From Candidatus Eiseniibacteriota bacterium (lineage in GTDB: Bacteria > Eisenbacteria > RBG-16-71-46 > SZUA-252), in the NCBI GenBank assembly GCA_031370645.1, contig JANMQV010000047.1, positions 1 through 54,862 on the forward strand: 54,862 nt of DNA. The letters run 5' to 3'. Of the stretch, positions 17,856 through 27,853 are shown one piece after another (position 1 is the first letter of the stretch; every line of letters starts with the position of its first letter). A program made the translations under genes and the position numbers. Below the pieces are notes generated by a model. That model made no database searches. It saw nothing but the letters and a program-made list of their open reading frames with translations, and was not told where the DNA came from.

Positions 17856-19401
17856 CGCCACTCCGCGCGAAACGCGGATTGCGATTCTCGAAGACAAGGA
17901 AGTCGCCGAGATCCTGGTGGAACGGCCCGAAGCCGTACGCCGCGTCGGAGACATCTACAAAGGGCGAGTGAACGCGGTTCTGCCGGGCATGCAGGCGGCG
18001 TTCGTCGATCTGGGCCTCGAGAAGAGCGCCTTTCTGCACGCATCGGATCTGAGCCCACCCACGGACGTCGAGGACCTCTTCGAGGAAGAGGAAGTCGAGG
18101 AGGCGCCGAAGGGCGGTGGACGCGGGGGCCGGGGTGGCCGAGGCGGACGCCGCGAAGAGCCGGTGCCGCGCATCGAGGAAGCGCTGAAAAAGGGCCAGGA
18201 AATCCTGGTCCAGATCACGAAAGAGCCGATCGGGACCAAGGGGCCGCGCGTCACGACTCAGGTGTCGCTCCCCGGACGGTTCCTGGTCTACATGCCGGGA
18301 CACGAGCACGTCGGCATCTCCCGGAAGATCGAGGAGCGCGGCGAGCGGCAGCGGCTGAAGGAGATTGCGCGGCAGATCCAACCGAAGAACGCCGGGATCA
18401 TCATCCGGACGGTCGGGGCGGAGCAGAGCGCGAAGGAGTTCGAGGCCGACGTCCGGCACTTGGAATCGCTCTGGGACAAGATCGAGAAACAGGCGCAGAA
18501 GTCGAAGGCGCCGGCGGTCCTCCACCAGGAGATGGAATTCACGACCGGGCTGATCCGCGACATCTTCAAGGAAGACGTCGACCAGCTCGTCATCGATTCG
18601 AAAGAAGAGCATAAGAACATCGTCAAATACCTGGCGACCTACGCGCCCGATCTGAAGCAGCGGGTAAAGCTCTATCGGGGCCAGGCGCCAATCTTCGATC
18701 ATTTCGGCATCGAGGCCGAGATCGAGAAGACGATGGAGCGGAAGGTCTGGCTGAAGAAGGGCGGCTACATCACGATCGACCAGACCGAAGCGCTCGTGGC
18801 CATCGACGTGAACACGGGCCGCTTCGTCGGCAAGAAGAACCAAGAAGAGACGATCACCAAAACGAATCTCGAAGCGGCCGCGGAGATCGCGCGGCAGCTT
18901 CGGTTGCGGGATTTGGGCGGCATCATCGTCCTCGACTTCATCGACATGGAGGAGGAGGCGAACCGCCGGTCGGTGTCGGACACGCTCCGCCAGCACCTGA
19001 AGCGCGACCGGTCGCGGACCAAGTCGTTCGCGGTGAGCGAGCTCGGGTTGATCGAGATGACGCGGCAGCGGCAGCGGCCGAGCCTCTCGAACTACTTCAC
19101 GGAGCCGTGCCCCGATTGCGAAGGCGCGGGCCGGGTTCTCTCGCTCTCGTCGGCGGCGCTGAAGATCGAACGGATGCTCCATCGTGTGGGGCAGAAGTCG
19201 AAAGAGAAGGCCTTGATCCTCCGCGTCCACCCGGACGTGGCGGTTTACTTGGTGGAGCAGGAAGCCGGACGTTTGGAGCGGCTTGAGAGGCTGTACAAGT
19301 TGAGGGTGGAGATTCGCGACGATCCGTCGCTCCGGCGCGACGAGATCCGTCTTTTCAGGGGCCGGACGTTCGAGGAAATCACGAAGCAGTTTGCCCAGTA
19401 G
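17833..19401 (+). CDS. rng: Rne/Rng family ribonuclease (RNase G-sized)
   Basis: IYKGRV..VLPGMQAAFVD, KEPIGTKGPR, IDVNTG, QLRLRDLGGIIVLDFIDM, CPDCEG zinc link; GGAGG RBS before ATG 17833. Confidence 0.95.
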   Translation: MRREIIINATPRETRIAILEDKEVAEILVERPEAVRRVGDIYKGRVNAVLPGMQAAFVDLGLEKSAFLHASDLSPPTDVEDLFEEEEVEEAPKGGGRGGRGGRGGRREEPVPRIEEALKKGQEILVQITKEPIGTKGPRVTTQVSLPGRFLVYMPGHEHVGISRKIEERGERQRLKEIARQIQPKNAGIIIRTVGAEQSAKEFEADVRHLESLWDKIEKQAQKSKAPAVLHQEMEFTTGLIRDIFKEDVDQLVIDSKEEHKNIVKYLATYAPDLKQRVKLYRGQAPIFDHFGIEAEIEKTMERKVWLKKGGYITIDQTEALVAIDVNTGRFVGKKNQEETITKTNLEAAAEIARQLRLRDLGGIIVLDFIDMEEEANRRSVSDTLRQHLKRDRSRTKSFAVSELGLIEMTRQRQRPSLSNYFTEPCPDCEGAGRVLSLSSAALKIERMLHRVGQKSKEKALILRVHPDVAVYLVEQEAGRLERLERLYKLRVEIRDDPSLRRDEIRLFRGRTFEEITKQFAQ

Positions 19402-19446
19402 AGTCGCCTGCCGGCCGGGCGCCGTACGAGAAAGGGAAGGAGTCAC

Positions 19447-19770
19447 ATGAGCGATCAGAAGTACGCCATCATCCAAGCGGGCGGGTTGCAGATCCGCGTG
19501 TCGCCCTCGGAGGAGCACGTGCTGCCGAGGCTGAAGGCGGCGGCGGGGGAGGAGATCACGTTCGACCGCGTGCTGCTCGTTTCGGATTCGAAGGGCCTTC
19601 GTCTCGGTCAGCCGACCGTGGAAGGTGCGTCGGTCCGCGCGCAGGTCGTGGGCGACGAGAAGGGCGAGAAGATCAGCGTCGGTGTCTACAAGCGACGGAA
19701 CAAGTTCCGTCGGAAGATTGGATATCGGGATTCGCTCACTCGGGTGCGAATCCTGGACATCCGCGCGTAA
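19447..19770 (+). CDS. rplU: 50S ribosomal protein L21
   Basis: YAIIQAGGLQIRV, GQPTVEGASV, KGEKI...YKRR...RRKIGYR. Confidence 0.95.
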   Translation: MSDQKYAIIQAGGLQIRVSPSEEHVLPRLKAAAGEEITFDRVLLVSDSKGLRLGQPTVEGASVRAQVVGDEKGEKISVGVYKRRNKFRRKIGYRDSLTRVRILDIRA

Positions 19771-19794
19771 CGGCGCGGGAAGGAGCGGGAACCC

Positions 19795-20076
19795 ATGGCT
19801 CATAAAAAAGGTGTATCGAGTTCGCGCAACGGCCGCGATTCGCAGGCGCAGCGGCTCGGCGTGAAGAAGTTCGGCGGCGAGAAGGTTCGCGCCGGCAACA
19901 TCCTCATTCGTCAGCGGGGCACCGCCGTCCAGCCCGGCCTGAACGTCGGCCGGGGAAAGGATGACACCCTGTTCGCTCTCGCGGATGGATTCGTGGTCTT
20001 CAAGCGGCGCGGCAAGAGCGGCATGCAAATCCACGTGGAGCCGGTCAAGCCCGGCACCGAGGCGGCGCATGCCTAA
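19795..20076 (+). CDS. rpmA: 50S ribosomal protein L27
   Basis: [33 protein letters not shown]. Confidence 0.97.
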   Translation: MAHKKGVSSSRNGRDSQAQRLGVKKFGGEKVRAGNILIRQRGTAVQPGLNVGRGKDDTLFALADGFVVFKRRGKSGMQIHVEPVKPGTEAAHA

Positions 20077-21007
20077 GATTACCGTCGTCGGCGCCGGCAA
20101 CGTCGGCGCCTCCGCCGCGCTCTACGCGGCGGAGAAGGAACTCGGCGACGTCACGCTCATCGACATCGTCGAAGGGGTTGCGAAGGGGAAGGGCCTCGAT
20201 CTTCTCGAGGCGGGCCCGGTGCGGGGCTACGACTCCTTCGTGGAGGGAAGCGGCGACATCAAGTCGGTCGCCGGCAGCGATCTGATCATCGTCACCGCGG
20301 GCCTGGCGCGGAAGCCCGGCATGTCGCGGCTCGATCTCCTGAAGGCGAACGCCGACATCATCAAGGGCGTCGCCGAGGCGATCCACGACCACGCGCCGAA
20401 GGCGTTCGTCATCATGGTGACGAACCCGCTCGACGTGATGACGTACCTCATGTACCGGATCACCGGCTTCCCGCGCGAGCGCGTGATGGGAATGGCCGGC
20501 GTCCTCGATTCTGCCCGCTTCCGCGCGTTCCTCGCGATGGAAGCAGGCGTCTCGGTCGAGGATATCCAGGCGATGGTGCTCGGCGGACACGGCGACACGA
20601 TGGTGCCGCTCCTGTCGTGCTCCACCATCTCGGGGATTCCGATCACGAACTTCATCAAGAAGGAGCGCCTCGCCGAGATCGTGCAGCGGACGCGCGACGG
20701 TGGTGCGGAGATCGTGAAACTCTTGCAAACGGGGAGCGCCTTCTACGCTCCCGCCTCGTCGGCCGTGCAGATGGCCGAATCGATTCTCCGCGACAAGAAG
20801 CGCCTCCTGCCGTGCTGCGCCTATTTGAACGGCGAGTACGGCTTCAAGGATATCTACCTCGGCGTGCCGTGCTTGCTCGGCGCGAAGGGGATCGAGAAGA
20901 TCGTCGATGTGCCGCTTTCGGCCGACGAGAAGGCCGCTTTGGCCAACTCGGCGGAGGAAGTGCGCAAGGGAATCGCGGATCTGGCGATGGAGCCGGTCGC
21001 GAAGTAG
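20069..21007 (+). CDS. mdh: Malate dehydrogenase (LDH-like tetrameric type)
   Basis: [15 protein letters not shown] (Arg specificity residue of MDH), NPLD, LDSAR, GGHGD, SAFYAP. Confidence 0.95.
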   Translation: MPKITVVGAGNVGASAALYAAEKELGDVTLIDIVEGVAKGKGLDLLEAGPVRGYDSFVEGSGDIKSVAGSDLIIVTAGLARKPGMSRLDLLKANADIIKGVAEAIHDHAPKAFVIMVTNPLDVMTYLMYRITGFPRERVMGMAGVLDSARFRAFLAMEAGVSVEDIQAMVLGGHGDTMVPLLSCSTISGIPITNFIKKERLAEIVQRTRDGGAEIVKLLQTGSAFYAPASSAVQMAESILRDKKRLLPCCAYLNGEYGFKDIYLGVPCLLGAKGIEKIVDVPLSADEKAALANSAEEVRKGIADLAMEPVAK

Positions 21008-21032
21008 CGGCGGCGGAAGTCGTGGTCGTTCG

Positions 21033-21071
21033 CCCCGGTGGGACGCGTTCCGTCCCTCCGGGGTTTTTGTT
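21033..21071 (+). terminator. Rho-independent terminator after mdh
   Basis: CCCCGG-T-GGGACG / CGTCCC-T-CCGGGG stem followed by TTTTTGTT. Confidence 0.85.
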
Positions 21072-21105
21072 GGTGGACTCCGGGCGGGCGGGCGTAGAAT
21101 CCGCC

Positions 21106-21768
21106 ATGTTCCTCGGTCATTTCGCCGTCGGATTCGCCGCGAAGCGGGCGGCGCCGCGCTCCTCGCTCGGCACCATGATCGCCGCGGCCTGCTTCCTCGA
21201 TCTCCTCTGGCCGATCTTCGTCCTCATCGGCATCGAGTCGTTCCGCATCGTGCCGGGGGAGACCGTCCTCAGCCCGCTTGCCTTCGATCACTATCCCTGG
21301 TCGCACAGCCTCCTGATGACCATCGGGTGGGCGCTCGTATTCGGCGTGGTCGTGGCGCGGTGGGGGAGTGGCGCCCTCGGCGCGGGAATCGCGGGTCTAG
21401 CGGTCGTGAGCCACTGGGCGCTCGACTACGTGGCGCACATTCCCGATCTGCCGCTCGCTCCGTCGGGGGGCATCAAGGTGGGCATGGGCCTCTGGAACCA
21501 GCCCGCCATCGAGATCCCGCTCGAGGTGGGGCTCTATGTCGTTGGCGTCGCGCTCTACGTCAAGGGGACGAAGGCGCGCGACAACGTAGGGAGCATCGGG
21601 CTCTGGTCGCTGGTGGCGGCGCTCGCGCTTCTTTACGCGGCCAATCTCGTGGGGCCACCGCCGCCGGGGACCCAGGTCGTCGCGATGGCGGACTTGATCG
21701 CGGTGCTCCTCCTGGCATGGGCCGTGTGGGTGGACCGCCATCGCTCGTCCCGGGTCGAGATCCGATGA
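21106..21768 (+). CDS. Membrane-bound metal-dependent hydrolase (YdjM-like)
   Basis: MFLGH, DLLWP, YPWSHSL, SHWALD..H motifs; several TM segments. Confidence 0.78.
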   Translation: MFLGHFAVGFAAKRAAPRSSLGTMIAAACFLDLLWPIFVLIGIESFRIVPGETVLSPLAFDHYPWSHSLLMTIGWALVFGVVVARWGSGALGAGIAGLAVVSHWALDYVAHIPDLPLAPSGGIKVGMGLWNQPAIEIPLEVGLYVVGVALYVKGTKARDNVGSIGLWSLVAALALLYAANLVGPPPPGTQVVAMADLIAVLLLAWAVWVDRHRSSRVEIR

Positions 21769-22793
21769 GCGCGGGAAGGATCCGACTCTCGCACGCGATC
21801 GACCGCGCCGCTGCCGGTCGATTTGCGTCCGTATTTGCGGCCGTGTTCGCGATCTGGATCCAGGCGGAGACCGCGTTCGCCGTCGTCCCCATCCTGAACG
21901 GGATTGACCCGGGACCCTGCGGGATCACCGTCTACTGGGACGAATCATGGACCGGTTGCGAGGAAGTGCAGCCTCACACCGAGCGGGGAAGATTGATGGC
22001 CGCGGCGGGCGAAAACGCCGTCTCGGTCATGCGTGCTTGGCGAAGGAAGAATCCCGACCTCATCGTTCCGCTCGCTCCCGATTCGTCGACCGCAGTTGGC
22101 ACACTGGCGGCGCGCCGTCGGGAGTTCGGCGCGACCCTGCGGCGCGAGATGGCGCACACCTTTGCGGTCGATTCGATGGCGGTCACGCTCGCCTCGGACA
22201 GTATCGGCACGGCGGATGCCCTACTCCGTACTCGCTACTGGCTCGCCCGCTCCCTGCGCGAGGGAAGGGGACCGATCACGCGGCAGATCGGCTGGGTCGA
22301 CTATCTGGAAAGTTGGGCCAAGGTCGGGGAACGTTGGGCGCTCGTCGATCTCCAGGAGGTGGGGGAGCTCGCTTGGGAGCCGGGCGCCGATGTCTCGGGC
22401 TCGAACATCTTCCCGAGCCGGCCGGGAGAGAAGGTGGCCGTCGATCCAATCGAGGATCGAGCCGCACGCTCTCGCCGAGAGATGAAAGCCGCGTTCGACG
22501 CGGAATGGGGACCTCCGCCCGATCGAACCGATGCGGGCCCAGTCCCGTTGACGACGGTTCAACCTCGCTATCCCGAATTTGCGAGGGAAGCGCAGATCCA
22601 AGGCAAGGTGATCCTTCGTGTACTCGTGACCGTTGATGGCACGGTTGCAGACGTCTACCCCGTCAAGAGAGTGACCGGACTCAACGAAGCCGCCATGGAC
22701 GCGGTCAAGCGATGGACCTTCATTCCCGCCGTGGACGCCGCGGGAAACCCGGTCGAGGCCTGGACCGACGTGCCCATCGACTTCCACCTCTAG
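21765..22793 (+). CDS. Exported protein with C-terminal TonB-C domain
   Basis: PRYPEFAREAQIQGKVILRVLV..DGTV...AAMDAVKRWTFIPA...G.PV...VPIDF; signal-like N-terminus; ATGA overlap with the upstream gene. Confidence 0.8.
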   Translation: MSAGRIRLSHAIDRAAAGRFASVFAAVFAIWIQAETAFAVVPILNGIDPGPCGITVYWDESWTGCEEVQPHTERGRLMAAAGENAVSVMRAWRRKNPDLIVPLAPDSSTAVGTLAARRREFGATLRREMAHTFAVDSMAVTLASDSIGTADALLRTRYWLARSLREGRGPITRQIGWVDYLESWAKVGERWALVDLQEVGELAWEPGADVSGSNIFPSRPGEKVAVDPIEDRAARSRREMKAAFDAEWGPPPDRTDAGPVPLTTVQPRYPEFAREAQIQGKVILRVLVTVDGTVADVYPVKRVTGLNEAAMDAVKRWTFIPAVDAAGNPVEAWTDVPIDFHL

Positions 22794-22811
22794 ATCCACT
22801 CGCACCCCCGC

Positions 22812-22840
22812 TTGACTCTCACCGCCACGATTGCTAGCAT
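22812..22840 (+). promoter_or_regulatory. Sigma70-type promoter of kdsB-pyrG-kdsA-kdsD
   Basis: TTGACT-N17-TAGCAT with an extended -10 TG. Confidence 0.7.
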
Positions 22841-22845
22841 GACTT

Positions 22846-23649
22846 GTGCATCGTCTCCCGTCCCCCACCGAGACGCGCGACGCGACTGTGCGAACGCGGC
22901 TCAGCGCCGTCGGGATCATCCCGGCGAGACTCCACTCCACAAGACTCCCCGAAAAGCCCTTACAAGACCTCGGCGGGAAGCCGCTCGTCGTTCGCGTGTG
23001 GGAACAGGCGCGCGCCGCGACACGCCTCCGCGACCTTTGGGTCGCCACCGATAGCGAGAAGATCGCCGCCGTGGTCCGCGAGGCGGGCGGGCAGGCGCTC
23101 ATGACGAGCCCCGATCACCCCGCTGGCCTCGACCGCGTGGCGGAGGCGGTGAAACTGCTCTCCGACGCGCCCGAAGCCGATCCGCAAACCGTATTCGTGA
23201 ATCTACAAGGAGACGAACCGTTCGTGGAGCCGGCCGCCATCGATCACCTGGTCGGGCTCTTCGAGCGACCGGAAGTCCGCATGGCGACACTTGCTTGCCC
23301 GTTCCCGGACGCCGACATTCAGGAGCCGAGCCGAGTGAAAGTCGTGCTCGACCGGGAGGGCCGCGCGCTCTATTTCTCGCGCGCGCCGATCCCGGCGGGG
23401 CACGGTGGCGAAACGCCGGCGCTCCTTCACCTCGGCATCTACGCCTATCGGCGAGACACGCTCCTCCAACTCGCGCGGCTTCCGGTCGCGGCGCTCGAAA
23501 GAGCGGAGCGGCTGGAGCAACTTCGCGCGCTTTGGAACGGCATTCCGATTCATGTGGCCGTCGGCCATTGGACCGCCTTCGGCATCGATACCCCCGAGGA
23601 TCTCGCTCGGGCCCGCACGCGTTTCCGGGAAGGGAGAGGGACCTCATGA
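22846..23649 (+). CDS. kdsB: 3-deoxy-manno-octulosonate cytidylyltransferase (CMP-Kdo synthetase)
   Basis: [59 protein letters not shown]; alternative start GTG 22888. Confidence 0.95.
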   Translation: MHRLPSPTETRDATVRTRLSAVGIIPARLHSTRLPEKPLQDLGGKPLVVRVWEQARAATRLRDLWVATDSEKIAAVVREAGGQALMTSPDHPAGLDRVAEAVKLLSDAPEADPQTVFVNLQGDEPFVEPAAIDHLVGLFERPEVRMATLACPFPDADIQEPSRVKVVLDREGRALYFSRAPIPAGHGGETPALLHLGIYAYRRDTLLQLARLPVAALERAERLEQLRALWNGIPIHVAVGHWTAFGIDTPEDLARARTRFREGRGTS

Positions 23650-25307
23650 CTAAATTCATCTTCGTGACGGGGGGCGTCGTCTCGTCGTTGGGGAAGGGAA
23701 TCGCGGCGTCCTCGATCGGCACGCTCTTGAAGAGCCGGGGCCTCAAGGTCTCGCTGCAGAAACTCGATCCCTATTTGAACGTCGATCCGGGGACGATGAG
23801 TCCCTACCAGCACGGGGAGGTCTACGTCACCGACGACGGAGCGGAGACGGACCTCGACGTCGGTCACTACGAACGCTTCCTCGGCGTCTCCATGGGGAAG
23901 GCGAACAGCGTTACCGCGGGACAGATCTACGACACGATCATCACGAAGGAACGCCGCGGCGACTACCTGGGCCGGACGGTTCAGGTGATTCCGCACGTCA
24001 CCGACGAGATCAAGGCGCGCATGCTCGCTCCGACCCGCCGCCAGCAGGTGGACGTGGCGATCGTGGAGATCGGCGGCACGGTCGGCGACATCGAAAGCCT
24101 CCCGTTCCTCGAAGCGATCCGGCAGATGCGCCTCGAATACACGCGCCTCAACACGCTCTTCGTTCACGTAACGCTCGTGCCGCACTTGGGCGCGGCGCGC
24201 GAAATCAAGACGAAGCCGACGCAGCATTCGGTGCGCGAACTCCGCGAGATTGGTATCCAGGCCGATATTCTCCTCTGCCGCTCCGAGGTGCCGCTCCCTC
24301 AAGAAGTGAAGGAAAAGATCGGACTCTTCTGCAACGTTTCGACGGAAGCCGTCATTGAGGCGGTGGACGTAGCGTCGATCTACGAGGTTCCGCTCATGTT
24401 TCACAAGAGCGGCCTCGACGACCTCATCGTGGATCTCCTCCACATCGAAGCCGGGCCTCCGGATCTTCGCGCCTGGCAGGCTTTCTCCGACCGCATGAAG
24501 GCGGCGAAGGACGTCGTCACGATCGCGGTGGTCGGGAAGTACACGCAGATCCGCGACGCCTACAAGAGCATCTCCGAGGCGGTCATTCACGGTGGCGTGG
24601 CGAACGGCGTCCAGGTGAAGGTCGATTGGGTCGACTCCGAGAAGGTGGAGCTCGACGGAGCGGAAGCGCTCCTCGGCGGCGCGCACGGGATTCTCATTCC
24701 GGGCGGCTTCGGCGACCGAGGCGTGGAAGGGATGGTTCTCGCGGCACAGTATGCGCGGGTGCGGAATGTCCCCTTCCTCGGGATTTGCCTCGGCATGCAG
24801 TGCGCGGTGATTGAATTCGCGCGTGACGTCGCTGGATTGGCGGGCGCCGACTCCTCGGAGTTCGAAGCGAAAACGCCGCACCCGGTCATCGACCTGCTCC
24901 ACGAGCAACAGGGCGTCGACCAGAAGGGCGGCACCATGCGCCTCGGAGCCTACGAGTGCGCGCTCACCCCGGGCACTCACGCGCGTGAGGAATACGGAAC
25001 GGCGACCGTGGCGGAACGGCATCGCCATCGCTACGAATTCAACAACGCCTACCGCGAGCAACTGGAATCGAAGGGGCTCCGCGTGACGGGGCTCTACCCC
25101 GAAAAGTCACTCGTCGAGATCGTCGAGTTGCCCGAGCATCCCTGGTTCGTCGGAGTCCAGTTCCACCCCGAACTCCGGTCGCGTCCGTCGGAACCGCATC
25201 CGCTCTTCCGCGGGTTCCTCCGCGCCGCGAACGAGGAGCGCCGTCGCCGCGACGGTGGCGCCGGGTCGTCCGCCGCGCCCCGCGCTTCGAGCGCCACGCG
25301 GGCATAG
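23646..25307 (+). CDS. pyrG: CTP synthase
   Basis: [53 protein letters not shown]. Confidence 0.98.
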   Translation: MTKFIFVTGGVVSSLGKGIAASSIGTLLKSRGLKVSLQKLDPYLNVDPGTMSPYQHGEVYVTDDGAETDLDVGHYERFLGVSMGKANSVTAGQIYDTIITKERRGDYLGRTVQVIPHVTDEIKARMLAPTRRQQVDVAIVEIGGTVGDIESLPFLEAIRQMRLEYTRLNTLFVHVTLVPHLGAAREIKTKPTQHSVRELREIGIQADILLCRSEVPLPQEVKEKIGLFCNVSTEAVIEAVDVASIYEVPLMFHKSGLDDLIVDLLHIEAGPPDLRAWQAFSDRMKAAKDVVTIAVVGKYTQIRDAYKSISEAVIHGGVANGVQVKVDWVDSEKVELDGAEALLGGAHGILIPGGFGDRGVEGMVLAAQYARVRNVPFLGICLGMQCAVIEFARDVAGLAGADSSEFEAKTPHPVIDLLHEQQGVDQKGGTMRLGAYECALTPGTHAREEYGTATVAERHRHRYEFNNAYREQLESKGLRVTGLYPEKSLVEIVELPEHPWFVGVQFHPELRSRPSEPHPLFRGFLRAANEERRRRDGGAGSSAAPRASSATRA

Positions 25308-25321
25308 GGAGAAGGCACTTC

Positions 25322-26170
25322 ATGCGTCCCATCGTCGCTCCCGTCCCGATCGGCAGGGTTCGATTCGGCTCCGATCGCCTCTCTCTCATCGCCGGCCCCT
25401 GCGTCCTGGAAGACGAGGGGATGGCGCTCGAGGTGGCGCGCGAGTTGGTCCGAATCACCACGCTCCTCGAGATCCCCTTTGTGTTCAAGGCGTCGTACAC
25501 GAAAGCGAATCGCTCCTCGACGTCGTCCTACCGGGGACCGGGGCTCGAGCCGGGGCTCGCCGCGCTCGCGCGTATTCGGGACGCGGCCGGAGCGCCGATC
25601 ACGAGCGACGTGCACGAGACGGATGAAGTTCCGGAAGCGGCCGCCGTTCTCGATCTTCTCCAAATCCCCGCCTTCCTCTGCCGCCAGACGAGCCTCATCG
25701 AGGCGGCGGGCGCGTCGGGGAAGCCGGTGCACTTGAAGAAGGGACAGTTCCTCGATCCAGGCTCGATGGCGCGCGCGGTGGAAAAGGCGCGAGGCGCCGG
25801 GGCGCCCGGCGTGATTGTCACCGAGCGGGGAACGACGTTCGGCTACGGCGACCTGGTGGTCGACTTCCGCGGATTCAAGATCATGGCTGGATTCGGATGC
25901 CCGGTCTTCTTCGACGCGACGCATTCGGTGCAGCGCCCCGGTGGGGCCGAGACGGGCGGGCAGCGCGAATTCATTCCGCTCCTGGCGCGGGCCGCGGTCG
26001 CTTCGGGGGTCGATGGCATCTTCCTCGAAACCCACCCCGATCCCGCGAAGGCGAAGTCGGATCGGGACTGCCAATGGCCTCTGGCCCAGGTGGAGCCGCT
26101 CCTCCGCTCCCTCCTGAAGATCCGGGCCGCGACGGCCGATAGTATGAAGATGGAGGCGCAGCGCGCATGA
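25322..26170 (+). CDS. kdsA: KDO8P synthase (Cys-containing, likely metal-dependent class)
   Basis: IAGPCVLE, KANRSS, QIPAFLCRQT, KKGQF, ERG..FGY, DATHSVQ, ETHPDP. Confidence 0.96.
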   Translation: MRPIVAPVPIGRVRFGSDRLSLIAGPCVLEDEGMALEVARELVRITTLLEIPFVFKASYTKANRSSTSSYRGPGLEPGLAALARIRDAAGAPITSDVHETDEVPEAAAVLDLLQIPAFLCRQTSLIEAAGASGKPVHLKKGQFLDPGSMARAVEKARGAGAPGVIVTERGTTFGYGDLVVDFRGFKIMAGFGCPVFFDATHSVQRPGGAETGGQREFIPLLARAAVASGVDGIFLETHPDPAKAKSDRDCQWPLAQVEPLLRSLLKIRAATADSMKMEAQRA

Positions 26171-27210
26171 CCCGAAGCGCCCCCGGCGACACCGCCATGA
26201 CTCACGACCGAAAGACCGGCACACCGCCCGATTCCACGGCGCAATTGATCGAGTGGGGACGCGAGGTGCTCTCCTATGAAGGGGAGGCGATCGAGGCCCT
26301 CAAGGCTCTTATCGACAATGGGTTTGCGGGTTCGGTTCGCCTACTGCTCGAGGTAAAGGGGCAGGTCCTGACGAGTGGAGTCGGGAAGTCGGGCCTGGTG
26401 GCCAAGAAGATCGCCGCGACCCTCACGAGCACGGGGACCCCGGCGACCTTCGTCCATCCGGTGGACGCGGTGCACGGCGATCTTGGGATTGTCTCGCAGC
26501 GCGACGCCGCCATCCTGCTCTCGAAGAGCGGGGAGACGGCCGAGCTCCTGGAACTGTTGCCGGCGTTTCGGCGACACGGTGTCCCGGTGATCGCCATGAC
26601 CTGCGATCGTGGTTCGACTCTCGCGCGCGAGGCCGACGCCATCGTCGATCTAGGAAATCCGCGAGAGGCGTGCCCCGACGACTTGGTGCCGACCTCGAGC
26701 ACGACCGCGGCGCTCGCCATGGGCGATGCGCTCGCGATCGCGCTCATGAGGCTCAAGGGTTTCACGCGGGCCGATTTCGCGGTGCTTCACCCCGGGGGTG
26801 TGCTCGGCCAGACCGCGACGGTGCGCGTCGAGGAGCGGATGCGGCGCGGGGAAGAGTTCCCGCGCGTGGGACCCGACGCGACGATTCGGGAAGCCCTCCT
26901 CGAGATCTTGAAGAAGCGAATCGGAATGACGACCGTGGTCGATTCGTCGGGGCGCCTCTGCGGCATCCTCACCGACGGCGATCTGAAACGGATCCTCCTT
27001 CAAGGCACGTTCGATCCGGCCAAGCCGGTCTCGGAGGTCATGTCGCGCTCGCCGAAGACGATCGAGAGCGGCGCCATGATCGCGCACGCCGTGCGGCGGA
27101 TGGAGGAGAACGCGGGGGGCGCCATCACCTCGCTCGTGGTGCTCGACGCCGCCGGGGCTCCGGCCGGCGTGATTCACCTCCATGACTGCCTCGGCGCGCG
27201 CCCTCGATAA
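26167..27210 (+). CDS. kdsD: Arabinose-5-phosphate isomerase, KpsF/GutQ family (SIS + CBS pair)
   Basis: GVGKSG, STGTPA.FVHP..A.HGDLG, SKSGET, PTSST, HPGG.LG, TDGDL; alternative start 26197. Confidence 0.95.
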   Translation: MTRSAPGDTAMTHDRKTGTPPDSTAQLIEWGREVLSYEGEAIEALKALIDNGFAGSVRLLLEVKGQVLTSGVGKSGLVAKKIAATLTSTGTPATFVHPVDAVHGDLGIVSQRDAAILLSKSGETAELLELLPAFRRHGVPVIAMTCDRGSTLAREADAIVDLGNPREACPDDLVPTSSTTAALAMGDALAIALMRLKGFTRADFAVLHPGGVLGQTATVRVEERMRRGEEFPRVGPDATIREALLEILKKRIGMTTVVDSSGRLCGILTDGDLKRILLQGTFDPAKPVSEVMSRSPKTIESGAMIAHAVRRMEENAGGAITSLVVLDAAGAPAGVIHLHDCLGARPR

Positions 27211-27214
27211 CATC

Positions 27215-27853
27215 ATGCGGTGCCTAAGGTTTGACCCGCCGAACGGGGGTCTGCTAGAGTCGGCTCGGAAGGTTGCTGCGCGAGCGGCACGCCTCCTGCT
27301 GGTGGCAGGCGCCCTCGCGGCGACCGCGGGCTTGCTCGGCTCGATCGGCGGATGCCACGGGCGGAGCGCGCCGGCGGCGTCGAACGAGGAGCTGCGCCTT
27401 CCCGATCAGGAGGCGCGAGACTTCACGCTCACCGAGAGCGCGGCCGGCACGAAGAACTGGACGCTCCGCGCCGTCTACGCGGCAATGTACAACCGAGAGC
27501 AGAAGGTCGACGCGAAGACCGTGAATATCGATTTCTTCGACGCGGAAGGGACGCTCTACTCGACGCTGACGGCCGATCGTGGCGAGGTCGATCAACGCAC
27601 GAACGACCTCCAAGCACGCGGAAACGTCCGGATCGTCACGAAGAACGGCGTCGCCATGGAGACCGATTCGCTTCGCTTCATGAATCGCTCGGGAAAGATC
27701 TTCTCCGACGGGTTCGTGAAGGTGACGCGGCAAGGAGACGTGTTGACCGGCTTCGGGTTCGAGAGCGACGCGACGCTGGAACACTTCCGCCTGAGTCGCG
27801 AGGTACACGCCGAAGTTCGGAGCGCCGGGGACGCCGGCGCGTCCGGCCCGTGA
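27215..27853 (+). CDS. lptC: LPS export ABC transporter periplasmic protein LptC
   Basis: Hydrophobic segment ending IGGC; beta-jellyroll-like strands (WTLRA, TLTADRG, ARGNVRI, TDSL, LTGFGFESD); position between kdsD and lptB. Start uncertain (27215 ATG or 27302 GTG). Confidence 0.85.
   Translation: MRCLRFDPPNGGLLESARKVAARAARLLLVAGALAATAGLLGSIGGCHGRSAPAASNEELRLPDQEARDFTLTESAAGTKNWTLRAVYAAMYNREQKVDAKTVNIDFFDAEGTLYSTLTADRGEVDQRTNDLQARGNVRIVTKNGVAMETDSLRFMNRSGKIFSDGFVKVTRQGDVLTGFGFESDATLEHFRLSREVHAEVRSAGDAGASGP
27231..27260 (+). promoter_or_regulatory. Sigma70-type internal promoter ahead of lptC/lptB-rpoN
   Basis: TTGACC-N18-TAGAGT with an extended -10 TG. Confidence 0.55.

Noticed and set aside
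19771..19794. Missing prp (ribosomal-processing protease) between rplU and rpmA
   Set aside because: L27 starts MAHKKG with no N-terminal extension, so Prp is not expected
21106..22793. Hydrolase/TonB-C pair as a mobile element or island
   Set aside because: No integrase, transposase, tRNA target or flanking direct repeats visible
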